A DNA stretch of 64,000 nt from Candidatus Latescibacterota bacterium. Lineage in GTDB: Bacteria > Latescibacterota > UBA2968 > UBA8231. Position numbers and translations under genes: made by a program. Where the stretch lies: assembly GCA_964291625.2 (NCBI GenBank), contig OZ220089.1, forward strand, positions 1,728,001 to 1,792,000. The letters run 5' to 3'. Positions 9,632-20,064 of this stretch are shown one piece after another. The notes under the pieces were generated by a model that saw nothing but the letters and a program-made list of their open reading frames with translations, was not told the DNA's origin and searched no databases. The first letter of the stretch is position 1. Every line of letters begins with the position of its first letter.

Positions 9632-11878
9632 TCAGCCGGTGGTTCGCGAGCCTCGCGCCAGGGACCGCATGAGCTCCACGTAGCGGTCGGCCACCACCGG
9701 CCACCGGAACCGACGAGTGTGCTCCACGGCGCGGCCCCGTACCGCCTCGAGGATCGACCGGTCCTCCACGTAGCGCATGATGGCCCTGCGGAACCCGTCG
9801 GCGCACCCGCTGGTGACGAGGTGGCCGTTCTCCGACTCCGAGATCACGTCCTGGATCCCCTCCAGGCGCGAGGCGATCGTCGGCAGCCCGCACGAGCCCG
9901 CCTCCAGCATGACCACGCCGAAACCCTCCATGGTGCCCGGCACGGCGATGTTGGGCATGATGAACAGGTCGGAGTTGCGGTAGAGCAGGCCCAGGTGCTC
10001 CTCCGTGACCGGGCCGAGGAGCCGCAGACGCTCGTCGAGTCCGCGGCGGCTGGCGGCGGCGCGGATCTCCCCGGTCTGGGGGCCGCTGCCGGCCAGCCAG
10101 TAGTGGACCTGGTCGGGGAGGGTGGGCATGACCTCGTCGACGAACCAGGCGAAGCCCTTGCGCGGGACCTGGCGTCCGACGCTGCACAACAGGAAGGCGT
10201 CGTCCTCCAGGCGCCGGGCCGATGCGTCGAGGGCGGCGAGCCGGTCGCCGCGGGAGGCGCTCTCCGGGTCGGCCTCCGGGAAGCGGTCCTCGCGGATGCC
10301 GTTGGGGATCACGTGCAGCCGGGCCGGGTCGAGGCCGCGGTCGGTGCAGGCGCGGCCGGTGGCGCGGCTCACGGAGACGACGGCGTCGAGGCCGTCGAAG
10401 ACGCGGCGCAGGCGCCGCTGGTACGGCCCCAGGGAAAAGGTGACGTCGTCGCCGTGGGCTACGGCGGCGGTGCGCACGCCGCACTCGCGCAGGGTGCGGT
10501 GCAGCGGAAAGCTGACGAGGACGGCGGGGAGGACCGAGGAGAACAGGACGACGTCGATCTCGCCGCGGCGGGCCAGCCCCTCGATGTGGCGGTAGAGGCG
10601 CGCCAGGTACGGCGGCGTGCGCAGGTAGATCCAGCGCCACGAGCTGCGCAGGACCCGGGTGCTCACGGTCACCTCCGGATGCTGCAGCAGGGCCTCGTGC
10701 AGGTCGGTGGCCACCCGCTGCATGCCGCCCACGCTCGACAGCGGGCGACCCGCCGGGGGGAAGGTGTGCGAGACGAAGAGGACGCGCACCGGAGGCTGGA
10801 GGACGGCGTCGGAGAGGCTCATGGGGAGGGGGCCAAATCTCGCTTCGGCTCCACCGAAGGGCAACGGCGCCCCGGAGCGGTTCCGCCGGACCGCGGCGCC
10901 CTCGGGGGCCTGGCGCGGCGACCGCCGCGGCCGGGCCGCGGCGCGGATCGGGCGCCACCACCTGCACAGCAGGTAGAGGACGAGGTTGAGGCCGCGGTCG
11001 AGGACCGCCGTGGTGAGCAGGATGCTCGCCACCGTGGCCGACTCGAGGCTGAGGTACCCGGACAGGCCGAGTCCGGCGCCGACGAAGAGGAGATCGCGGC
11101 CGGGCAGGAAGGGGATCCGCGTCAGCACGATCTGGGCCGCCAGCAGGGTCAGCCACGAGGTCAGCGGCACCGAGGGCTCGACCACGGCCCAGAGGGCCAC
11201 CTGCAGCACGTGCACGGCGGCCTGGCGGAGCAGGTGGGCGGCGCCCACGACGGCCGCCACCGGCGGCGGAGCCGACAGCAGGCGGCGGCGCATGGCCCGG
11301 GCCGCGGCGAACAGGGCGCCGAGGACGAGGGGAGCGGCCAGCAGCCACCCCCAGCGCCCGGAGAGGGCGCCCGCCTCCAGGACCAGCCAGCCTCCGGCGG
11401 CCAGAACGCCGAGGACGGCCGCCGCGAACAGGGTCGACACGACGGAGGAGAGGATGACGTTGTCCTTGATGCCGTGGACGATGCGGCGATGGGGCAGGTC
11501 CGTGCGGCGGCGCGCCCACAGGTAGAGCCAGGCCTCCCCCGAATAGTCGATGAGGTGGCCCGAGTAGAGCCGCCGCATCAGCATCGCCGGCCACAGCCCC
11601 GGGACGGCCCCCCAGAGCCGGCGGAAGACGAAGACCTCCGACAGGGGCGGTACCAGGTACATCCCCGCGAAGATCAGGTAGAACCACGGGGTCGCCGGCA
11701 GCGAGTCGGCCACCTGGCGCCACCCCACCTCGGTGATCTGGTGGATCACCCACCCGGCGACGCCCGCCGTGAACAGGACACCGGCGGCGCGCAGCGCCGG
11801 CCGCCCGCGGAGGCGGCCGGCCCGGGGAGCGGCGCCCGGGCGGAACGGCGTCTCCGGATCAGCGTTGGACAAGGACAA
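9632..11878 (-). CDS. Flippase-like multi-TM domain fused in frame to a GT4 glycosyltransferase (GT4 part may start separately at ATG 10822)
   Basis: N-terminal ~320 aa is multi-TM. C-terminal part has GT4 motifs (VSHTFPP..GGMQ, SVGRQVPRKG, EGFGVVMLEAGSCGLP). No stop between them. Confidence 0.75.
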   Translation of the reverse strand: MSLSNADPETPFRPGAAPRAGRLRGRPALRAAGVLFTAGVAGWVIHQITEVGWRQVADSLPATPWFYLIFAGMYLVPPLSEVFVFRRLWGAVPGLWPAMLMRRLYSGHLIDYSGEAWLYLWARRRTDLPHRRIVHGIKDNVILSSVVSTLFAAAVLGVLAAGGWLVLEAGALSGRWGWLLAAPLVLGALFAAARAMRRRLLSAPPPVAAVVGAAHLLRQAAVHVLQVALWAVVEPSVPLTSWLTLLAAQIVLTRIPFLPGRDLLFVGAGLGLSGYLSLESATVASILLTTAVLDRGLNLVLYLLCRWWRPIRAAARPRRSPRQAPEGAAVRRNRSGAPLPFGGAEARFGPLPMSLSDAVLQPPVRVLFVSHTFPPAGRPLSSVGGMQRVATDLHEALLQHPEVTVSTRVLRSSWRWIYLRTPPYLARLYRHIEGLARRGEIDVVLFSSVLPAVLVSFPLHRTLRECGVRTAAVAHGDDVTFSLGPYQRRLRRVFDGLDAVVSVSRATGRACTDRGLDPARLHVIPNGIREDRFPEADPESASRGDRLAALDASARRLEDDAFLLCSVGRQVPRKGFAWFVDEVMPTLPDQVHYWLAGSGPQTGEIRAAASRRGLDERLRLLGPVTEEHLGLLYRNSDLFIMPNIAVPGTMEGFGVVMLEAGSCGLPTIASRLEGIQDVISESENGHLVTSGCADGFRRAIMRYVEDRSILEAVRGRAVEHTRRFRWPVVADRYVELMRSLARGSRTTG

Positions 11879-12209
11879 CCGGGGTCATGTGCCGGGAAGG
11901 TGGAGGCCCCTGGCCGATGCGGCCCTGGCGGCGGCCGGTTCGGCCTCTTCGCCTGAACCGCGCCGTGTCAGAAGGGTCCCATGCTTTGAGTGGTCGCTGC
12001 ATCTCCGGACGCACGCCCACGAGGTCGGGTTCCTGGCGGCGATGGCCGCCCGGCCTCCGCATCTGGCCCGAGTGGGCCGGTTTGACGACGTTCTCCTGTG
12101 CGTGGCCCGGCCGCCGCCGCCGGCCCGGTCCTGCCCGGCCATCGGCCCGCCGGGGATCTTTCGGCGAGGCCCGGCCGTCTGTGCTTGAAGACTCCGAAGA
12201 GCTGACCAC

Positions 12210-12845
12210 TTGGAACTGACCCTCGGCAAGACCCTGACCGGACGGCCGTTCTCGCGCTCTGCCGCCAGGGCCGAGAGACTGGCGCGGTGGGTCTCGGGCA
12301 CCCTGACCCCGCCCATGTGCGCCGCCGCCGCCGCCGCCGCCGTGGCCGCCCACGGGGGAACCGCCGCCGCCTGGGGTTGGGCGGCGCTGCTCATCGCCGT
12401 CGGCGTGCTGCTCCCCACCGGCTACACCGTGTACCTCCACCGCAGCGGACAGCTCAGCGACCTGCACATGAACGTGCGCCGGGAGCGCCGGCGGCCCCTC
12501 GCCGCCGCGGCGGCTTCCGCGGCCATGGCCCTGGGGCTGCTGTGGGCCGGCGGCGCCGGACCCCTGCCGATCGTCGTGGCCGCCGTGTGGACGGTGCAGT
12601 CGCTCCTGTTCTTCGGCGTCACCCTGCGCTGGAAGATCAGCGCCCACTGCGCCGGCTGCGCCGGACTGGCCGTCCTCTGCGGGTGGCTCTACGGGTCCGG
12701 GGCCCTGGTGCTGCTCGCCCTCGTTCCGGTGGTCGCCTGGTCCCGCGTCTTCCTGCGCCGGCACACCCTGGGACAGACCCTGGCCGGCACAGCCGCCGGC
12801 TGCGCTACGTGGCTGCCGGCACTCGCCGGGCTTCCCGCTCTCTGA
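12210..12845 (+). CDS. PAP2-like membrane protein (phosphoesterase superfamily)
   Basis: Hydrophobic, with WKISAH and [14 protein letters not shown] resembling PAP2 C2/C3 motifs. Start uncertain. Confidence 0.65.
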   Translation: MELTLGKTLTGRPFSRSAARAERLARWVSGTLTPPMCAAAAAAAVAAHGGTAAAWGWAALLIAVGVLLPTGYTVYLHRSGQLSDLHMNVRRERRRPLAAAAASAAMALGLLWAGGAGPLPIVVAAVWTVQSLLFFGVTLRWKISAHCAGCAGLAVLCGWLYGSGALVLLALVPVVAWSRVFLRRHTLGQTLAGTAAGCATWLPALAGLPAL

Positions 12846-12898
12846 GGCGCCGCCGGCGCCTCTGGCACGGCACCGGCCGCCGGGCGGCCGCCTCCCCC

Positions 12899-14017
12899 AT
12901 GCGCATCGCCCTCTTCACCGAGACCTTCCTGCCCAAGATCGACGGCATCGTCAACACTCTCTGCCGCCTCCTCCACCACCTCGAGGAGAGGGGGCATCCG
13001 TCGATCCTCTTCGCGCCCCGCGGCGGCCCCGAACGCTATGCCGCCACCGAGGTCGTCGGCCTCGGCGGCCTCCCCCTGCCCCTCTACCCCGAGCTCAAGG
13101 TCGTCAATCCCCTCACCGACGTCGGCGGCCGTCTGGACGCCTTCCGGCCCGACCTGGTCCACGTCCTCAATCCGTTCTTCCTCGGCGTCGCCGGGGTCCG
13201 CTACGCGCGCCGCGCCGGGGCGCCCCTGGTCGCCTCCTATCACACCGACATCCCCGGCTACTCGCGCCGCTACGGCTTCGGGTTCCTGGAGGGGACGCTC
13301 TGGCGTTACATCCGCTGGCTTCACAACCAGGCCGCCCTGAACCTGTGCCCCTCCAGCGTCACCCGCCGGGAGTTGGAGGAGCGCCAGGTGCGCAACGCCC
13401 GCGTCTGGACCCGCGGCGTCGACACCGGCCGGTTCTCGCCGGAGTGGCGTTCGGCCGAGATGCGCGGGTTCCTCTCCGGCGGCCATCCGGAGGCTCCCCT
13501 GCTGCTCTACGTCGGCCGCGTCGCCCCCGAGAAGCGGGTGGACTGGCTCGCCGACGCCCTCGAGGGCGTGCCGGGGGCGCGCCTGGCGGTGGTGGGCGGC
13601 GGCCCGGGGCTGGAGAAACTCCGCGCCCGGCTCGAGGGCACGCCGACGGTCTTCGCCGGGTACCTGCGGGGAGCGGAGCTGGCCAAGGCGTACGCCAGCA
13701 GCGACCTCTTCGCCTTCCCCTCGGCCAACGAGACCTTCGGCAATGTCGTCCTCGAGGCCTGCGCCTCCGGCCTGCCGGTGGTCACCGCCGATTCCGGGGG
13801 TGTGCTCGACATCATCCGCCACGAGGAGAACGGTCTGCTCTTCGACGCCGAGTCGCGCCCCGGGTTCGTGGCCGCCGCGCGGCGACTCGTGGAGGATCCG
13901 GAGCTGGCCCGCGGCCTGGGCCGGCGGGGCCGGGAGACCGCCCTCGGCCGCACCTGGACCGCCGTCCTCGACGGCCTGATCGAGGACTACGCCCGCGTCG
14001 CCCGGCCGGCGGACTGA
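12899..14017 (+). CDS. GT4 glycosyltransferase, MgtA/SqdX-like (probable glycolipid synthase)
   Basis: [61 protein letters not shown]. Confidence 0.88.
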   Translation: MRIALFTETFLPKIDGIVNTLCRLLHHLEERGHPSILFAPRGGPERYAATEVVGLGGLPLPLYPELKVVNPLTDVGGRLDAFRPDLVHVLNPFFLGVAGVRYARRAGAPLVASYHTDIPGYSRRYGFGFLEGTLWRYIRWLHNQAALNLCPSSVTRRELEERQVRNARVWTRGVDTGRFSPEWRSAEMRGFLSGGHPEAPLLLYVGRVAPEKRVDWLADALEGVPGARLAVVGGGPGLEKLRARLEGTPTVFAGYLRGAELAKAYASSDLFAFPSANETFGNVVLEACASGLPVVTADSGGVLDIIRHEENGLLFDAESRPGFVAAARRLVEDPELARGLGRRGRETALGRTWTAVLDGLIEDYARVARPAD

Positions 14018-14244
14018 CCGCCGGGCCGGGCCGGTCCTCCGGTGGGACGCGTTCCGTGCCGCGGCGGCGCCCGGCGCGGCCCCTCGACGATCCGGGCTCG
14101 CGACGGCTGACCGCGGAGACAGCCGCGGCGAGATCCCCACTGATGGCCGGGGGCCGCATCCCCCGGGCCGTATCTCCGGGACCCCTCCACGGTTCCAGCC
14201 GTATCTTTGCCTGCAAGCTTCAGACCGCCCGAACGAGTGAGACC

Positions 14245-15033
14245 ATGCCCGAAGCACGGTTCCCGATGGTGAGCATGCCGACCCGGCCCGGGAGGTCCAC
14301 CAAAACCTGCGCCTGCCCTCGCCGCCCCTGGCGCGGCCTGATACCCGTTCTCCTCGCCGCAGCCGCCATCGGCGGCCCGGGCCACCCCCCCGCGGCGGCG
14401 GGCCCCGGCCGGATCCTCATCGACGACTTCGAGAGCTACCGCGGCGGCGATCTGCCGGCCTGGCGCATCGGCCGCAAGATGCATCCCTTCGGCCCCCGCT
14501 TCATCGACGAGGACGAGTACTTCGTGGTCCGCGAGGAGGCGGGAGGCCGCTTCCTGCGCGGCTTCACCCGCGCCGAGGCGATCTGGATCGGCCTGCCCAA
14601 CGGCGAGGGCTACGAGTGGGACCTGGCCACCCATCCGCGGCTGCGCTGGGACTGGCGCGTCCACCAGCTCCCCGAGGGAGCGAGAGAGGACAGGAAGAGC
14701 CGCAACGACGCCGGCGCCGCCGTCTACGTGATCTTCTCCCGGGACTGGAAGGGCCGCACCAAGGGCCTCAAGTACACCTACAGTTCCTCCCTGCCCCCGG
14801 GCACCTTGGCCGAGTACGGACCGCTCAAGGTCCTCGTCGTGGCCTCCGGCCTCGGGCAGCGCGGCAACTGGCAGTCCGTCGAGCGCGACGTCGCCGCCGA
14901 CTACCGCCGCGCCTTCGGCAAGGCGCCCCCGGACCGCCCGCGCACCATCGCCCTGTGGAGCGACTCGGACTCGACGAAGGAGTCGGCCGAGGTCGACTTC
15001 GACAACCTCCTCCTGCTGCCGGCGGCGGACTGA
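14245..15033 (+). CDS. DUF3047-like exported protein
   Basis: Signal-like segment, then HPRLRWDWRV, NDAGAAVYVIF, LKYTYSS, WQSVERDVAADY, WSDSDST. Start uncertain. Confidence 0.7.
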   Translation: MPEARFPMVSMPTRPGRSTKTCACPRRPWRGLIPVLLAAAAIGGPGHPPAAAGPGRILIDDFESYRGGDLPAWRIGRKMHPFGPRFIDEDEYFVVREEAGGRFLRGFTRAEAIWIGLPNGEGYEWDLATHPRLRWDWRVHQLPEGAREDRKSRNDAGAAVYVIFSRDWKGRTKGLKYTYSSSLPPGTLAEYGPLKVLVVASGLGQRGNWQSVERDVAADYRRAFGKAPPDRPRTIALWSDSDSTKESAEVDFDNLLLLPAAD

Positions 15034-15038
15034 ACCTC

Positions 15039-15533
15039 GTGGGGTTCAAGGGGCGCGCCACCCGGGTCCTGGCCCTCTGCCTCGCAGGCTACGTCCTCCT
15101 CGTGGCCGCCAACGAGGGCGAGTTCTGGCCGGCCAGCATCTATCCCATGTTCTCCATCGCCGGCCGGCCCTGGACGCGGGCCCTCGTGCGCGACGTGGAG
15201 GCCCTGCCCGACTCGGCCCGCTGGCGGGTGACCGATCTCGACGGCCTGCCCGGCCGTCCCGTGGTGCTGCCCGAGATCGGCATCGATCCCATCGACTTCG
15301 CCAACTTCCTGTCGAAGACGCGGGTCTGGGACGAGGACCGCGTCGGCGGCCTGCGGTCGCTCTTCACCGAGGATCTGCTGCGGTCGCGCCAGCTCATGGT
15401 CTACAAGGTCCGGGGACATCTCGCCGCGGGCGACTCCGTCGTCGTCGAGGCCACCCCCTTCCTGCTGCTCACCGGCGGCGGCACGGCCCGCAACCCGGAA
15501 CTGCCGCCGGCGGCCTACGCGCGGGACCTGTGA
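15039..15533 (+). CDS. Hypothetical membrane-anchored protein with FWPASIYPMFS motif
   Basis: GTG start just after the previous stop, N-terminal TM segment, typical codon usage. Stop overlaps the next start (GTGA). Confidence 0.7.
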   Translation: MGFKGRATRVLALCLAGYVLLVAANEGEFWPASIYPMFSIAGRPWTRALVRDVEALPDSARWRVTDLDGLPGRPVVLPEIGIDPIDFANFLSKTRVWDEDRVGGLRSLFTEDLLRSRQLMVYKVRGHLAAGDSVVVEATPFLLLTGGGTARNPELPPAAYARDL

Positions 15534-16426
15534 GAGGGATCCTCGACAACCTCTTCGACTTCGACCGCGCCCGCGACGAGACGCCGGGCGAGGCCCTGCA
15601 CTTCCGCATCTGGGAGCTGTTCATCGGCTTCCAGGCGGTCCGCTACGCCTGGCTCTGGGGCTGGGAGAGCCTGCGCATCACCGACATCGTCCTGCCCCTC
15701 GGCATCGCCCGCTACATCGACATCGGCCACCTGATCGGCGGTCCCCTGCCCCTGGTCAACGCCGGGCTCCTCACGGCGCTGGTGGTCCTCGGCTTCCTGC
15801 GCCTCGGGTCGCGGTGGCCCTACGCCGCGGCCATGGCCCTCCTGCACCTGCAGTACGCCACCCGCTTCTGCCTGGGGGAGATCCCCCACAGCTCGAACCT
15901 CGTCGGCATGGGCCTGCTCTCCCTGGCCGTCGGCGGCGCCTGCTTCCGCGACGCGGCGGCGCAGCGCCGGTTCGTGTGGGGCAGCGTCTGGTTCTTCACC
16001 GGCCTCGGCTACGCCTCGGCGGGGGTCTGCAAGCTCGCGGCCACCGGCCCGGGGTGGATCGACGGCCGCCACCTGTGGCTGTGGATGGCGGAGAAGGCCT
16101 CCGACACGATCTCGAAGACCGGCGGTTACGAGCCCAACCTGCTGCAGAGCCTGGCCGCCGACCACTGGATCGCGGCCACGGCCGTTCTCGGCATCGGCCT
16201 GGGGACCGAGCTGATCGGGGTCCTGCTGTGGTGGCGGCGCACCCGCCCGTGGGCCACCGCCGCCCTCATCGCCATGCACTTCGGGATCGGCTGGACGATG
16301 AACATCTTCTTCACGGTCTTCATGGCCGAGCTGGTCATCATCGGTTTCGCCTGGGGCGGGTGGCTCGACCGGCTGCGGCCGGGGCGTCTGCCCGAGGCCT
16401 TCCTGAGGCTGCGGGGCGCCTTCTGA
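15530..16426 (+). CDS. HTTM-like integral membrane protein
   Basis: Multi-TM, with GEIPHSSNL, Y..AG.CKL...GPGW..G and MHFGI..TMNI motifs resembling HTTM domains. Confidence 0.65.
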   Translation: MRGILDNLFDFDRARDETPGEALHFRIWELFIGFQAVRYAWLWGWESLRITDIVLPLGIARYIDIGHLIGGPLPLVNAGLLTALVVLGFLRLGSRWPYAAAMALLHLQYATRFCLGEIPHSSNLVGMGLLSLAVGGACFRDAAAQRRFVWGSVWFFTGLGYASAGVCKLAATGPGWIDGRHLWLWMAEKASDTISKTGGYEPNLLQSLAADHWIAATAVLGIGLGTELIGVLLWWRRTRPWATAALIAMHFGIGWTMNIFFTVFMAELVIIGFAWGGWLDRLRPGRLPEAFLRLRGAF

Positions 16427-16433
16427 TCGGGTC

Positions 16434-17183
16434 ATGGGCCGGTCTCCCCGCCAGCTGCAGAGCGACCAGTACCGCTTCCCCTACCACTACCTCGTCGACC
16501 TCGAGGAGCGCCGGTTCTCCGCCCACCTGGGCTGGGGCCTCGACTACGCCGCCTACATGGGACGGGCCCTCGCCCTCCTCGAGACCCATCACCGCGGCGG
16601 AGACGTCCTCGACGTCGGCTGCGGAGACGGCTTCCTCCTCAACCACTTCGCCCGGGGGCCGGCCTTCGACGGCGCCTTCAGGGCCCTCGGGATCGACCCG
16701 GACGCCCGGGCGATCCGCTTCGCCCGCGCCTTCGCCCCGGAGGCGGAGGGCCTCGAGTTCCGCTGCCGGGACGTGGCGGAGCTGGAGACCGGGGCCTTCT
16801 CCACCGTCACCGTGGTCGAAGTCCTGGAGCACGTCCCGGACGAGGCCCTGCCGGCGTTCACCGGGCACGTGGACCGGGTCCTGGCTCCGGGCGGCACCCT
16901 GATCCTGACGGCGCCGTCTACCAACCTGCCCCTCGTCGCCAAGCACCACCGGCACTACACGGCCGAGGCCCTGGCCGCCCACTTCCCCGGCTGCGAGGTG
17001 CTGGAGCGGCACTTCCTCACCCGCCGCTCCGCCCTCTACCACCTGCTCTCCTTCCTGCTCTGCCGCCTCGACATCGGACCCGGGCCGCTGCGCCGGCTGC
17101 TGCTGGCCGCCTTCGACCGGCGGGTCTGCGAGGCCACGGAGAGCACGGGCTCGCGGGTGATCCTGGTCCTGCGCAAGCCCTGA
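16434..17183 (+). CDS. Class I SAM-dependent methyltransferase
   Basis: VLDVGCGDG, GIDPD, EVLEHVPD, LAPGGTLILTAP. Confidence 0.9.
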   Translation: MGRSPRQLQSDQYRFPYHYLVDLEERRFSAHLGWGLDYAAYMGRALALLETHHRGGDVLDVGCGDGFLLNHFARGPAFDGAFRALGIDPDARAIRFARAFAPEAEGLEFRCRDVAELETGAFSTVTVVEVLEHVPDEALPAFTGHVDRVLAPGGTLILTAPSTNLPLVAKHHRHYTAEALAAHFPGCEVLERHFLTRRSALYHLLSFLLCRLDIGPGPLRRLLLAAFDRRVCEATESTGSRVILVLRKP

Positions 17184-17275
17184 GGCCCTGGCCGGACCTC
17201 GAGCGAGGCCGGGGATCCCGGTCCCTCGCGGACACCCGAGGCCGGGGGCTCCCGCCGACGGGCGGACCGGACCCC

Positions 17276-18790
17276 TCAGCGCAGGTACTTCAAGCTGAGC
17301 CAGTCCCGCAGGTGCCCGCGGTCCTCGCGGCTGATGACGCCGCTGACGGAACCGACGACGAGGAAGACCACGCCGTAGGCCACGACCGTCGCCGCCATGC
17401 GGGGGATCTCCTCGAGGGGCAGGACGCGCAGCAGGCGCAGGCCCCAGGTGGCGCCGGCGCTCACCAGGGCCACGGCCAGGACCCGGCCGTAGTAGCCGAA
17501 GGGCAGGACCCGGTGCGCCGGCAGCTGCATGTGGCGCGAGAGGATGGCGAGGATGTGGAAGAGGTTGAGGAAGCTGGCCAGGGCGGTGGCCGCCGCCGTG
17601 CCGACCGTCCCCCACCAGAGGGTGAAGGGGATGGTGAGGACGACGTTGCCGGCGAACCGGGAGAGGGCGACCCAGAGGACGGCGCGGGTGTCGCCGAAGG
17701 ACTGGAGGATGCTGGAGAACGAGGCGACCCGCAGGAGCAGCACCGTGGTGCAGATCTGGAAGGGCCGGATCGAGGCCTCGTAGTTCTCGCGGCCGAAGAC
17801 CAGGGGGATCGCCTCCGGGGCGATGGCGATGAGCAGCACCGTGACGGGCACCACGAAGAGAGACATCTTGCGGATGCCCTGGTACCACAGCTCCAGCAGC
17901 TCCCGCCGGCGGTCGTCCTTCACCAGCCGGACGTAGCGGGTGATGAGCACCGTGCCCACGGCGTAGGGGAGGACCGCCACCAGGGGGATCTCCTGGGAGG
18001 CGATGTTGTACTCCGCCAGGGCCGCGGGGGTGAGCATGGCGCCGACGACGAGCTTGTCCGCGTAGCGGTTCATGCGGTTCACGAGGAGGGAGCTGCCGAG
18101 GGGAATGGCGAAGCGGATCTGGTCCCTCAGCAGGCCGCGGTGGCGCTCCCCCGTGGACGCCGGCAGGACCAGCGAGACCCAGGTCACGGAGACGAGCAGC
18201 CGCACCGCGGCGTAGACGGCCAGACCGATCAGGGCGTAGCGCAGGGAGTAGCCGAGGGCCAGCGGGCCGATGAGGCCGGCGAAGGTGAGGACGCTGAAGA
18301 GGACCTCGTAGAGGGCGGCGTGGCGGTGCCGGCCCGAGGCGAGGAGCACGTTCATCGCCGGCCACGTGGGGATCTCCAGGACCGCCACGAGGGCGAGCCA
18401 GGGCAGGAAGCGCTGCAGGTCCTGGACGTTGCCGCCGGTCCACTCGCCGCTGACGAGATGGGGGACGGCGTGGGCGGAAAGCAGGAGGAGACCGCCGGCG
18501 CCGGCGGCGGTGGCCGCCAGGACGAGGAAGGTCTGCAGGCAGAAGGCGCGGCGGGCGGAGCCGGAGAGGCGCTCGAAGAAGTAGAAGACGCTGTCGGGGA
18601 AGCCCATCATCGCCAGGTAGCGCAGCACCTGGTAGAGGACCAGCAGGTAGCTGAGGACGGCGAAGTCGGTCTTGCTGAGGAGCCGGGCCGTGGCCACGGC
18701 GGTGGCGATGTCGACGAGGGTGCTGGTGATGCGCGCCGCCACGACCACGCCCACCTGTTGCGACAGGCGCCGCTCCGGGGCCTCGGTCAT
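17276..18790 (-). CDS. Wzx/MOP-family oligosaccharide flippase
   Basis: Many TM segments, with FAIPLG, YADKLVVG..L....LAEY and ILQSFGDTR patterns. ATG overlaps the upstream GT stop. Confidence 0.85.
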   Translation of the reverse strand: MTEAPERRLSQQVGVVVAARITSTLVDIATAVATARLLSKTDFAVLSYLLVLYQVLRYLAMMGFPDSVFYFFERLSGSARRAFCLQTFLVLAATAAGAGGLLLLSAHAVPHLVSGEWTGGNVQDLQRFLPWLALVAVLEIPTWPAMNVLLASGRHRHAALYEVLFSVLTFAGLIGPLALGYSLRYALIGLAVYAAVRLLVSVTWVSLVLPASTGERHRGLLRDQIRFAIPLGSSLLVNRMNRYADKLVVGAMLTPAALAEYNIASQEIPLVAVLPYAVGTVLITRYVRLVKDDRRRELLELWYQGIRKMSLFVVPVTVLLIAIAPEAIPLVFGRENYEASIRPFQICTTVLLLRVASFSSILQSFGDTRAVLWVALSRFAGNVVLTIPFTLWWGTVGTAAATALASFLNLFHILAILSRHMQLPAHRVLPFGYYGRVLAVALVSAGATWGLRLLRVLPLEEIPRMAATVVAYGVVFLVVGSVSGVISREDRGHLRDWLSLKYLR

Positions 18791-20064
18791 CGGGCGATGG
18801 AGTCCAGGAGGTCGGCGAGCTGGCGGGTCGTGGCCCGGGCCTCGTAGGCGGCGATCCGCTCCCGGTCGCGGGCGCAGGGAATCGGCAGCGGGTCTCCCTG
18901 CTGTTTCGCGCCGGCGCAGCGGAGCAGCAGGTCGGCGAGTCCCGCGGCGTCGTCCACCGGCAGCTGCACGCCCGTCCCGGTCTCCTCCAGGATCCGCGCC
19001 ACCTCGGGGTTCGGCGACAGGGACAGGATCGGACGGCCGACCGCCAGGTATTCCAGCAGCTTGGCGGGGATGATCTCGTCGCGGTCCGGGTGGGTGCTCA
19101 GCAGGAGGACGTCGAAGCGCCGCAGCGCCGACAGGGCCTGCTCCAGGGGTACCGCCTCCTCGGCGTGGAAGCGGTCCGCCAGGCCGCGGGCCCCGGCGCG
19201 GGACCGGTCCTCGGCGTTGAGGGGCCCGAAGGAGTGGACGTGAACCGCCGCGGCGAGCTGCGGGTCCCGGCGTCCGGCCTCGGCGAGGGCCTCGATCACG
19301 GGGCCGGCCGGAGACATCTCCCGGAAGCGTCCGAAGAAGCCGATGCGCAGCCGGCCGCCCGGCCCCGCCGGCGGGGCTCCCCCCTCCAGCACCGGGTCGG
19401 CGAGGAGGGCCTCGTCGAAGCTGTTGGTGATCGTCGTCGTGCGCAGACCCAGTTCCGCGAAGCGCTCCCGGTAGCGGCGCTCGGTCTCGGTGGCCTGGAA
19501 GAGGACGGCATCCGCCCCCCGCAGGACGCGGCCCTCGAAGCGCCGGTCCAGGGCCCGCACGATCGGCCCTCGGCCCTGTGAGCGCACCCGGCAGATCGTC
19601 CAGGGATCGCGGAAGTCGGCGATCCAGGGGATGCCCAGGCGCCGGCAGAGCATCTCGGTGATCACCAGGCCCGACCACGGGTCGCCCGTGCTCCACACGG
19701 CGTCGGGGTTGATGCGCCGCACCTCCCGGAGGATCCGCCGGTACGACCACAGGAAGAAGGGCAGCCAGCCGTCCACCGGGAGGCGCAGCCGCAGCAGTCC
19801 CCGCGCCGCCGGCCGCCGGCCCGGCCCCTCCCCCAGCTGGCTCTCCGAGCCTCCCGTGAGATCGAAGGGCGGGCTCAGTTCGACGACGGGGATCCCCTTC
19901 AGGAGCCCCGCCTCGCGCGGCGTCAGGGACCCGCGGGAGGCGATGGTCATGACCACCGGGTCCCAGCCGAACTCGCGCAGGTGAATGGCGAACCGCAGCG
20001 GCCGCATGGCGCCGACGCGCCGGCGGGGCAGGAAGTAGGGTGCGACGAGAAGGACGGTCGGCAT
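18787..20064 (-). CDS. GT4-family glycosyltransferase
   Basis: VAPYFLP...GAMRPLRFA..L.EFGW, WIADFRDPW, IPAKLLEYLA.GRPIL. Confidence 0.87.
   Translation of the reverse strand: MPTVLLVAPYFLPRRRVGAMRPLRFAIHLREFGWDPVVMTIASRGSLTPREAGLLKGIPVVELSPPFDLTGGSESQLGEGPGRRPAARGLLRLRLPVDGWLPFFLWSYRRILREVRRINPDAVWSTGDPWSGLVITEMLCRRLGIPWIADFRDPWTICRVRSQGRGPIVRALDRRFEGRVLRGADAVLFQATETERRYRERFAELGLRTTTITNSFDEALLADPVLEGGAPPAGPGGRLRIGFFGRFREMSPAGPVIEALAEAGRRDPQLAAAVHVHSFGPLNAEDRSRAGARGLADRFHAEEAVPLEQALSALRRFDVLLLSTHPDRDEIIPAKLLEYLAVGRPILSLSPNPEVARILEETGTGVQLPVDDAAGLADLLLRCAGAKQQGDPLPIPCARDRERIAAYEARATTRQLADLLDSIAR

Noticed and set aside
11879-12209. Possible small ORF or gene remnant between divergent genes
   Set aside because: No convincing start, RBS or recognisable motif.
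12320-12341. (GCC)n run
   Set aside because: Encodes poly-Ala in a TM helix, which is common in high-GC genes.
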